Assembly (NCBI GenBank): GCA_964347155.1 | Contig: CAYFXR010000070.1 | Location: 7,657 to 71,656, forward strand | Reading direction: 5' to 3' | Source of the DNA: an uncultured Nitrospiraceae bacterium | GTDB lineage: Bacteria; Nitrospirota; Thermodesulfovibrionia; UBA6902 | DNA length: 64,000 nt | In this document: positions 39,882-47,724 of the stretch, in pieces | Position numbering within the stretch: the first letter of the stretch is position 1 | How the letters are laid out: the number at the start of each line of letters is the position of its first letter | Notes under the pieces: model-generated | Databases searched by the model: none | The model's input: only the letters and a program-made list of their open reading frames with translations | What the model was told of the DNA's origin: nothing | Translations under genes and position numbers: made by a program

Positions 39882-41999
39882 ATGGGTTTTTGGGATGACA
39901 TTAAACATGATTTCAGAGCTGTATTTGAGATGGATCCTGCTGCAAGAAGCAGGCTAGAAGTTATTTTTTCTTATTCAGGATTTCATGCAATCCTGTTTCA
40001 CAGAATCAATCACGTGTTGTGGAAAATGAATATTCCCGTATTGCCCCGTTTTTTCTCCCAGGTTGCAAGATTTATTACCGGCATAGAAATACATCCTGCA
40101 GCAAAGATAGGAAAAGGGTTTTTTATTGATCACGGTATGGGCGTCGTCATAGGAGAGACAACAGAGATAGGCGAGAATTGCCTTCTTTATCAGGGAGTTA
40201 CACTTGGCGGCACCGGAAAGGAAAGGGGCAAGAGGCATCCAACTCTTGGTAATAACGTAGTAGTTGGAGCGGGCACAAAAGTTCTCGGTGCAATAACGAT
40301 CGGGGATAATGTGAAAATAGGAGCAAACTCCGTCTTGCTGAACTCTGTACCGAAGAACTCTATTGTCGTTGGCGTGCCGGGCAGGGTGATTAAAAAGAAG
40401 GTTGTAAAGATGTTAGCCGAAGGACCTGTAGAAATGCTCGATCATGTGCACATACCTGACCCGCTCGAGGAGAAATTCGAGGAAATCAAAACTTATATGA
40501 ATGATCTTGAAAGGAGAATGAGCACATTGGAAGGCAGAGGTGAAACGATTAAGGTTTTTAACACACTCAGCGGGAAAAAAGAGGATTTTGTTCCCCTTAA
40601 TTCAGGCAAGGTGAATATGTATGTATGCGGGATAACGGCTTATGACGTCTGCCATTTGGGCCATGCACGAAGTGCAATTGTATTTGATATTATAAAGCGG
40701 TACCTGAGATACAGAGGCTATGACGTAACGCATGTACGGAACATAACCGATATTGACGACAAAATTATTGCCCGTGCAGCAGAGGAGAAGATTTCTACGG
40801 AAGAGGTAGCAAAAAAATATTCAGAAGAATATTACAGGGATATGGAATTGCTCGGTGTAAGCAGGGCTGACATTGAGCCAAACGCAACGGATCACATTAA
40901 GGAAATGATAGAAAATGTTCAGGGGCTGATTGATAAAGACTATGCCTACAGTGTTGATGGAGATGTTTATTTTGAAGTCAGCAAGTTTCCGAGCTATGGA
41001 AAACTGTCAAAAAAGAACAAAGATGACCTTATGGCCGGGGCAAGGGTCGATGTGGACGAGAGGAAGAAGAGTCCCCTTGATTTTGCTTTATGGAAGGCCT
41101 CTAAGGAAGGTGAGCCTTTCTGGGAAAGCCCGTGGGGAAAAGGCAGACCGGGATGGCATATAGAATGCACGGCAATGTCGTCAAAATACCTTGGGGAAAG
41201 TTTTGATATACACGGTGGTGGAGCTGATCTTATTTTCCCGCACCATGAAAACGAAATAGCACAGAGTGAGGCTTTCACTGGCAAGCCGTTTGTAAGATAC
41301 TGGATGCATAATGGATTTATAACTGTTGATAACGAAAAGATGTCAAAATCCCTGGGAAACTTTTTTACCATCAAAGAAATCCTTGAAAAATTTGAGCCTG
41401 AGGTAGTGCGATATTTTCTCCTGACTACACATTACAGAAGTCCGATAGAGTTTTCAGATGCGCAGTTGAATGAGGCAGAGCTTTCTATCGATAGATACTA
41501 TACAACAGTGATGAGGATCAATGATTTTCTCGAAACAACTGTAACCGCCGAAAAGATTACCTCGTCGGCTGAACTTGAGGATTTACTGTCTTCATTTAGG
41601 GAAAAGTTTCACAATGCAATGAATGACGATTTCAATACGGCTTCAGTATTAGGATTCATTTTTGAGCTTGTCAGGGAAGTGAACCGATTTCTTGATTTAA
41701 ACCCTTCGGGGCAGAAGGCAAAAGACCTCGTTACCCGTACAAAAGAACTTCTTGCTGAAGGGGGAGATGTCCTTAATATATTCAACAAGACACCTGTTGA
41801 ATGGTATAGGTCGTTAATGAAAGTCAAGAAGATAGAACTTGCGGAGGAAATGCTTCATAACAAGATAGCAGAGAGACGGGAAGCACGAAAACAAAAGGAC
41901 TGGGATACTGCAGATAATATAAGAAAAGAGCTTGCAGAAAAAGGAATTATTCTTGAAGACAAGAAAGACGGGACGGCATGGAAGATCAAGGTTGGGTGA
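39882..41999 (+). CDS. cysE-cysS: Serine O-acetyltransferase (CysE) and cysteinyl-tRNA synthetase (CysS) encoded as one continuous 705-aa ORF
   Basis: N-terminal CysE hexapeptide region (GVVIGETTEIGENCLLYQGVTLGGTGK...) and CysE-type tail (LDHVHIPDP...LERRMSTLE). This is followed directly by CysS (IKVFNTLSGKKEDF, HLGHARS HIGH motif, KMSKSLGN) with no stop. An in-frame ATG at 40518 is preceded by GAAAGGAGA. Confidence 0.7.
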   Translation: MGFWDDIKHDFRAVFEMDPAARSRLEVIFSYSGFHAILFHRINHVLWKMNIPVLPRFFSQVARFITGIEIHPAAKIGKGFFIDHGMGVVIGETTEIGENCLLYQGVTLGGTGKERGKRHPTLGNNVVVGAGTKVLGAITIGDNVKIGANSVLLNSVPKNSIVVGVPGRVIKKKVVKMLAEGPVEMLDHVHIPDPLEEKFEEIKTYMNDLERRMSTLEGRGETIKVFNTLSGKKEDFVPLNSGKVNMYVCGITAYDVCHLGHARSAIVFDIIKRYLRYRGYDVTHVRNITDIDDKIIARAAEEKISTEEVAKKYSEEYYRDMELLGVSRADIEPNATDHIKEMIENVQGLIDKDYAYSVDGDVYFEVSKFPSYGKLSKKNKDDLMAGARVDVDERKKSPLDFALWKASKEGEPFWESPWGKGRPGWHIECTAMSSKYLGESFDIHGGGADLIFPHHENEIAQSEAFTGKPFVRYWMHNGFITVDNEKMSKSLGNFFTIKEILEKFEPEVVRYFLLTTHYRSPIEFSDAQLNEAELSIDRYYTTVMRINDFLETTVTAEKITSSAELEDLLSSFREKFHNAMNDDFNTASVLGFIFELVREVNRFLDLNPSGQKAKDLVTRTKELLAEGGDVLNIFNKTPVEWYRSLMKVKKIELAEEMLHNKIAERREARKQKDWDTADNIRKELAEKGIILEDKKDGTAWKIKVG

Positions 42000-42010
42000 T
42001 GAATGTTCTG

Positions 42011-42781
42011 CTAATTTCTATATTTTTTGCAAAAAACCTCTGTGATGTTCCAAAGCTCGTCTGTTAAAGATTCCTTGACCTTGGCCTGTATGAAATCTGG
42101 AATGTTTCCATAGTATGCATCGGCAATTCCACCGGTTATGCAAGCAAGGGTGTCGCTGTCGCCACCGAGAGAAATTGCATTACGGATTGCATCTTCGTAT
42201 GAGGTAGATTCAAGAAAGGCAATGATCGCCTCCGGAACAGTACCCTGACAGGATACGTCGAAGTGGTAGTGAGGGCGTATCTCGTCCAGGCTCTTTTCCA
42301 GTTTGTAACCGAATCTGTGCTGAATTTCTTTTTTGATATGTTCCTTATCCTGTGTAGTGCGGGCAAGGAAAACAGATAGTGCAGTGGCCTGAGCACCTTT
42401 AATTCCTTCAGGATGATTGTGGGTGATTTCCGCAGATTTAGCGGCTTCATCCAGGACTCTTTCGATACTGTCAAATGCAAAGCCGACCGGACTTACGCGC
42501 ATGGCCGAGCCGTTTCCCCAGCTGTTGTAGGGCCGGGGATCTTCAGAAAGCAGCCAGTAAATGAATGAACCGCCATACCCAGCATGAGGATACTTCCGCC
42601 CGATCTTTCTGATTGACGAAAGGTAATCAGAAACATCCAGGATTGATTTTGCAACGGCAACGGTCAGTACAGAGTCATCTGTAAAACGACAGAGTGGATG
42701 GAAGAGGGGAAAATCCTTTGTCTTGATTGGATAACCTTCATAAACAGAGCCGATAATATCTCCTGCAATCGCACCTATCAT
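42011..42781 (-). CDS. ADP-ribosylglycohydrolase family protein (DraG-like)
   Basis: MIGAIAGDIIGSVYEG N-terminus and ...GGDSDTLACITGGIADAYYG C-terminal metal-site motif; 256 aa. Confidence 0.7.
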   Translation of the reverse strand: MIGAIAGDIIGSVYEGYPIKTKDFPLFHPLCRFTDDSVLTVAVAKSILDVSDYLSSIRKIGRKYPHAGYGGSFIYWLLSEDPRPYNSWGNGSAMRVSPVGFAFDSIERVLDEAAKSAEITHNHPEGIKGAQATALSVFLARTTQDKEHIKKEIQHRFGYKLEKSLDEIRPHYHFDVSCQGTVPEAIIAFLESTSYEDAIRNAISLGGDSDTLACITGGIADAYYGNIPDFIQAKVKESLTDELWNITEVFCKKYRN

Positions 42782-42870
42782 GAGTTTTTTAGCACCCTTT
42801 CTGTAGGGTTACCCATTTAAAGGGCGCATGTCAAGCGAAAAAACTCCCATTTCCGTGAAAAGCATTCTGC

Positions 42871-42934
42871 GGGGTCAGGTCTTTCATTGTGACAGTTTTG
42901 TAACAATGAATGTAACAATGAAAGACCTGACCCC
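42871..42934. repeat. Perfect 20-bp inverted repeat (GGGGTCAGGTCTTTCATTGT ... ACAATGAAAGACCTGACCCC) with a 24-nt spacer, followed by a CTGACCCCACACAC direct repeat
   Basis: Read directly. Lies between the HigA-like gene 3' end and the ADP-ribosylglycohydrolase gene 5' end. Confidence 0.7.
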
Positions 42935-42976
42935 ACACACTCTGACCCCACACACTTAATTTTTTTCAACGCTTGG

Positions 42977-43237
42977 TTATGCCGCTGTTTTTTTCTTTAT
43001 GTCCCACCCGGGAAAAACGAGAACTGCAGGATGACACCTGAGAGCTATCGCGATTACCTTCGCCCGCTCAACTCCTAGCTTGACCCGATCGTTTTCGATA
43101 GCTGAAATAGTAGATTGAGGAATTCCTGTAATTTCAGCCAGATCGTTTTGACTCATTTCTTGCAGTTCCCTGATAATCCTTACCGATTCTCCAACTGTTA
43201 CATCTACCGTCTTCTTTGCCTTTTTGAAATTTCTCAT
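42977..43237 (-). CDS. HTH XRE-family antitoxin (HigA-like)
   Basis: LQEMSQNDLAEITGIPQSTISAIENDR helix-turn-helix. The start at the internal Met abuts the upstream toxin gene stop. Confidence 0.65.
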   Translation of the reverse strand: MRNFKKAKKTVDVTVGESVRIIRELQEMSQNDLAEITGIPQSTISAIENDRVKLGVERAKVIAIALRCHPAVLVFPGWDIKKKTAA

Positions 43238-43238
43238 T

Positions 43239-43520
43239 TTATTTCCTCCTATAATCATGAGGAGTAATATTTATAACCTGGACAAATATATCTTTGGCTG
43301 CAATCTTGTAAATAATTCTATATTTTATACCTAACCTTGATGATCTAAATCCTTTCCATTCACCTCGCAAAGCCTCGTCATGGAACCCTTTGATGAATCT
43401 TAAGCCTTCCGGGCCTGATATCCTTACAATGTCTTTCCATTTTTCATAATGTTTTAATATTTCTACGGGCAATCCATTAAGCTGTTTAGTCACACGTCGA
43501 TGCTCATATATTTCCCACAT
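43239..43520 (-). CDS. RelE/ParE-superfamily toxin (HigB-like; toxin-first gene order)
   Basis: 93-aa basic protein upstream of and translationally coupled to the XRE antitoxin. Family assignment is from size, context and composition. Confidence 0.5.
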   Translation of the reverse strand: MWEIYEHRRVTKQLNGLPVEILKHYEKWKDIVRISGPEGLRFIKGFHDEALRGEWKGFRSSRLGIKYRIIYKIAAKDIFVQVINITPHDYRRK

Positions 43521-43534
43521 ACAGTATTGTATAT

Positions 43535-43550
43535 ATACTATTTATAGTAT
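43535..43550. promoter_or_regulatory. Palindromic candidate operator (ATACTATTTATAGTAT) in the toxin-antitoxin promoter region
   Basis: Perfect 7-bp arms about 15 nt upstream of the toxin start codon. Confidence 0.4.
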
Positions 43551-43559
43551 GTCAATTAA

Positions 43560-44077
43560 AGGCTGATGTCAATATTTATTGTAGTGTGTTATCCGGGGGT
43601 ATCCGGGGTCTATAATGATTAACGCGTGGGGTCACCCTTCAATTTACATTTTATAAAATTACTTAAATGTATAATGTAGGTTTGACCCTGATTCTCTGGA
43701 AGCCCCCACTTATCCGATTATGTTTTTTTCATGTGGGGTTCCGCCCCCACACGACGGGTTCATTCTTTTTTCCGCAAAAAAGAACGAACAAAGAAAAAGC
43801 GCCCCTTACATCCCGGAAACAATCAATAGGGTTATTAATACATAAGTGGCACGGCGATGCTGTGTCCTTACTTCTGACTTCTGCACTAGTGCACTTTTGC
43901 TCTATGATATTTTTGTGGGTGAACATTCACTATCCGGCTACGGCCCGATAGTCTCTGTGAAACGCCCCTTGCGGACGTAAAAGTCCCGTCAGGACAACGT
44001 CCCTTTACGGGACCCGCATGAGGGGTGTTGTGGAGAGCGGGGGAGAGAAGCCCCCGCTTATCCGATTGTACGATCTT
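43560..44077. other. GC-rich non-coding island of about 520 bp with 21-bp direct repeats and terminator-like hairpins (candidate small RNA genes or an integrated remnant)
   Basis: GAAGCCCCCACTTATCCGATT+T7 at 43699-43729 and GAAGCCCCCGCTTATCCGATT at 44047-44067 preceded by the hairpin GCGGGGG-AGAGAAG-CCCCCGC. Internal hairpins are TGTGGGG..CCCCACA and GGACG..CGTCC/GTCCC..GGGAC. No credible ORF. Confidence 0.4.
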
Positions 44078-44554
44078 TTATGTCTTTAGTTGTTTTCTAA
44101 TATAAGTATGATCGCAATAGCTATCACCCGTTCCGATTTGATGTTTGCGTTCAAAGTCCCAGTTATTAATGTTATCTTTCGCAACTTCCCAATCGCCACT
44201 GCAAACATAAGGGCCGATGTCTATATATCCAAGCAGTATCACAAGTTCAGCAAAGGGGCAGTTTGCTACATGCAGTTTAAGAATGTTGCTGCTATTTTCA
44301 GCAATTGAAATATCGTAAAAAGGCCGTAACCATTTGGCCCTCCTGGTTATTATATCTTTCAACTTGTCGAAGTCATCAGCACTATCTACATAAGGAACGA
44401 GAATTCTCACGAAAGTTTTTGCGATCCTGACGATAATTGGGCGCATTATTTCTATAGCCTTTTCTCTTGATGAAAAAAGGGACAGGATTTTGATACACAG
44501 TATAACCGGGCCTGCTACAACAATGGCTACCAATTGTCTTAATATTTTTTTCAC
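44078..44554 (-). CDS. Hypothetical protein with N-terminal TM helix
   Basis: 158-aa ORF (MKKILRQLVAIVVAGPVILCIKIL...). No motif recognised. Confidence 0.3.
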   Translation of the reverse strand: MKKILRQLVAIVVAGPVILCIKILSLFSSREKAIEIMRPIIVRIAKTFVRILVPYVDSADDFDKLKDIITRRAKWLRPFYDISIAENSSNILKLHVANCPFAELVILLGYIDIGPYVCSGDWEVAKDNINNWDFERKHQIGTGDSYCDHTYIRKQLKT

Positions 44555-44783
44555 ACAATTACCTCAGCAGATTATCAGCTGCCTTAAATTATGTCGTACA
44601 ACGCCTGAGTCAGTGATGCAGGCCTGAATAATATAAAGTGACATTTTATTTTGAAGCATAACGTGGAGCTGAGTGACGAGTACTACTGTATTGCAGTAGG
44701 TTGCTTGAAAATAATTTGACAACCTAAAATTAATCCGAGCTAAAAAAGCGCCCTGTGGTACTCGTTCGATCTCCAACGCCTTG

Positions 44784-45329
44784 TTATCTTTTCAATATTT
44801 TTTCATCTGCCCCCGCAGCTTTAAGTAACTCAACAACTTCTTCATGCCCCTCATGCTGAGCTACAATCAAAGCCATTGCTAACCGTTTTGAATCTTTATT
44901 TGCTCCATTATCTAATAATAGCTAAACTACTTCTGTGCTGCCATTAAGGGATGCGTATATTAGCGCTGTTAATCCTTCGCTTGTTCTGGCATGTACATCT
45001 GCTCCATGATTTAATAAATTATTAGTTATCTTAGCGTTACTACACGTAGCAGCTCTCATTAATGGTGACATTCCTTCATTATCCTGAGCATTTACATTTG
45101 CCCCTCTATCTAATAAAACTTGCACAGCTCGAGTTTGTCGGTGTCTGCATGATGCTAATATTAAGGGTGTCCTGCCTCGTGCATCTCTGGCATTTACGTC
45201 TACTCCTTCATCTAATAGATTCTCTATAGAACCATAATATCCGTGTGTTGCATTCCAGTATATATCATTCACTTGAGCGCATGCTATTGTCAGTATAAAT
45301 GCTAACAATAAAATACTTGAGAATCTCAT
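44784..45329 (-). pseudogene. Ankyrin-repeat protein (secreted) interrupted by an in-frame TAG (plus-strand cta at 44922-44924)
   Basis: Track ORF 44922..45425 ends ...LNGSTEVV*. The same frame continues LLLDNGANKDSKRLAMALIVAQHEGHEEVVELLKAAGADEKILKR to a TAA at 44784-44786, completing an ankyrin repeat. The stop sits where K/E/Q is expected (EVV-x-LLL). Confidence 0.6.
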
Positions 45330-45684
45330 GAAGCCTCCTTTTGTATTTCTTAAAGATAACATATTAATAGAGTAAACTCGTTTTTCTTGGATTTTCAATA
45401 TACCTGTCAAAAATACCAGTTTCATAAATGATTGAAATTAAACTAAACTTATTTTTAATGGCATTCTTGTTTGCTCTGTAATAACATATATACCAAATAT
45501 CGTTTTTGCTGACTTTTTATCATTTTCAGGGGACATGCAATGAAGAAAGAAGTATTGCCCGAATTCCAGAATTATCTGCGTTCAAATAGCCTTGTCCACG
45601 AAAAGTATATAAAATTTTATGTCCATTGGGCAAGGAAATTCTTATAGCTATTAGCTATAAGCTGTAGGCTATAAGCTCAAATTT

Positions 45685-46044
45685 ATGAAAGACTTTAAGG
45701 ATTTGAAAGTATGGGAGCGCGGTCATAAGTTAACTTTAAAAATATATAAAATCACATCAGGTTTTCCTCGCGAAGAATTGTATGGATTAACTAGCCAAAT
45801 GCGAAGATCTTGTGCTTCAATTCCAACAAATATAGCTGAAGGGTGTGGAAGGAGCAGAGATACAGAACTTGCACGTTTTCTGGAAATTTCAATATGTTCA
45901 TCAAGCGAGCTGGAGTATCTACTTTTATTAAGTACAGACCTGAATTTTATAACTAAATCTGAAAGTGAAATTTTGAACGGTGAGCTAGTCGAAATAAAGA
46001 GGATGTTAATATCTTTTTATCAAAAGCTTAAAGCTAAAAGCTAA
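45685..46044 (+). CDS. Four-helix-bundle protein (23S rRNA intervening-sequence protein family, TIGR02436-like)
   Basis: KVWERGHKLTLKIYKIT..FPREELYGLTSQMRRSCASIPTNIAEG is the family signature region as I recall it; 119 aa. Confidence 0.65.
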   Translation: MKDFKDLKVWERGHKLTLKIYKITSGFPREELYGLTSQMRRSCASIPTNIAEGCGRSRDTELARFLEISICSSSELEYLLLLSTDLNFITKSESEILNGELVEIKRMLISFYQKLKAKS

Positions 46045-46518
46045 ATGCTTATAGCTTAGCAACCATGATCTATCTTCACTTCATAAGAGAATTGTCTGGT
46101 GCCCCTGAAAGTCCTATTGATAGTCTGAATAAAGACGAATGAAATAAGCGGAAAGTTTATTTATTATAAAATCTCCCCTCGCCCCTCTTTGCCAAAGAGG
46201 GGGATTATATATAAATCAACCTCAAACTATGGAGGTTGAACCTCCATAGTTGTTACTCTGACAGTTCCAGATTCGGATACACCCTGGAAAAAGACACCAG
46301 AATCTTGACTGAATTCTCAGGATAGGTCATCGAAAAATCTTTAATCCTCCCTTGCCCCCCTTTTATAAAGGGGAGGAATTAAAGTATAGATTTCGGATCA
46401 AGTCCGGAATGACAATTGTGGTACAGCATTGGTTCAATCGAGGAAAATTAAACCAGCAGAAGGGAATGAGATACATTTTTAATTTTGCATTTTGTAATTT
46501 AAATTTGCAATCCCTGTT

Positions 46519-46545
46519 AACCCAAAAAATGCATTATTTGGGTTA
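46519..46545. repeat. TIR-only mini-palindrome of the MITE family (AACCCAAAAAATGCATTATTTGGGTT) at the 3' end of the ABC ATPase gene
   Basis: Read directly. A near-perfect 26-nt palindrome 13 nt downstream of the minus-strand stop at 46558. Confidence 0.6.
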
Positions 46546-46557
46546 AACTCAAGTGTT

Positions 46558-47625
46558 CTAACAGGTTATCCTTTGCCCGTTGTAAAAGAAATGTACTCCT
46601 GTGTCGTCTAATGCAATTGAAATTTCCTGGCCTGTTTTTCCCTGAAAACCTGAAGGTGCCTTGGCAATCAGTCTTATATCATCGATTTTTATATAAAGAA
46701 TGGTTTCGGGGCCGAGATGTTCGATTAATTCCAGATGCCCCCTGATAGGCCCGTGTCCCGGTGTTAAAGACTCGGATCTGATGCCCATGGTAATATCTTG
46801 ATTCGCATATTTCTTTAGCTCTTCCCTTAATCCAAGGCGGATCGTTAGTTTGTCTGATTTGAAAAACATTTCTTTTTCATTGACATCTAAAAGCCCTTTG
46901 ACGAGATTTATCTGGGGGGTGCCAATGAAGGTTGCTACGAAAAGATTCGACGGGGTGTGGTACATTTCATCCGGGGTACCGATCTGTTGTATCACGCCCT
47001 GATCAAGCAACACTATTTTTTCTCCGAGTGTCATTGCCTCTACCTGGTCATGAGTAACATATAGGGTAGTGGCTTTTAATTTTTGATGGAGTCGTGCGAG
47101 TTCCACCCTCATGCTGCTTCGCAGTTTTGCATCAAGATTGGACAGAGGTTCGTCAAAGAGAAACAATTTCGGGTTTCTGACAATTGCCCTTCCAATTGCA
47201 ACCCTCTGCCTTTGACCGCCTGACAATTCTTTTGGTTTCCTGTTCAATAATTCCTCAATACCTAAAAGAACTGCTGTTTCTTTTACCTTCTTATCCATCT
47301 CTTGTTTTGGCCTCTTCCGCATTTTTAGAGAAAAAGCCATGTTTTCATATACATTGAGATGAGGATAAAGGGCATAGCTCTGAAAAACCATTGCAATATC
47401 TCTTTCCTTTGGTGTGAGATTGCTTACTTCCCTGTCACCTATGAAGATTTCCCCATCATCCTGCTGCTCGAGCCCAGCAATTAACCTGAGTACCGTTGTT
47501 TTCCCGCACCCTGACGGGCCAAGGAGTATACAGAATTCACCTTCCTTGACTTCAAAGGAAATAGCATTGATAACCTTCGTAGTACCGAAGGATTTTTGTA
47601 GATTATCTATTTTCAGATTTGCCAT
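46558..47625 (-). CDS. ABC transporter ATP-binding protein, MalK/UgpC/PotA type with C-terminal TOBE-like domain
   Basis: GPSGCGKTT, LSGGQRQRVAIGRA, LFLFDEPLSNLD; 355 aa. No cognate permease adjacent. Confidence 0.75.
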   Translation of the reverse strand: MANLKIDNLQKSFGTTKVINAISFEVKEGEFCILLGPSGCGKTTVLRLIAGLEQQDDGEIFIGDREVSNLTPKERDIAMVFQSYALYPHLNVYENMAFSLKMRKRPKQEMDKKVKETAVLLGIEELLNRKPKELSGGQRQRVAIGRAIVRNPKLFLFDEPLSNLDAKLRSSMRVELARLHQKLKATTLYVTHDQVEAMTLGEKIVLLDQGVIQQIGTPDEMYHTPSNLFVATFIGTPQINLVKGLLDVNEKEMFFKSDKLTIRLGLREELKKYANQDITMGIRSESLTPGHGPIRGHLELIEHLGPETILYIKIDDIRLIAKAPSGFQGKTGQEISIALDDTGVHFFYNGQRITC

Positions 47626-47724
47626 GATTAGATTTTTTACTGAAGAAATTATACCATTATGCGGTTTTTTGAAGGGGGATTTTTACAATGATCAGACAAA
47701 TGATGAAGTTTGCATCCTTCCTGT

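Noticed and set aside
43667-43951. 94-aa and 65-aa ORFs within the 43560-44077 island
   Set aside because: No RBS and no protein-like composition. The region is dominated by hairpins and repeats. I treated it as non-coding.
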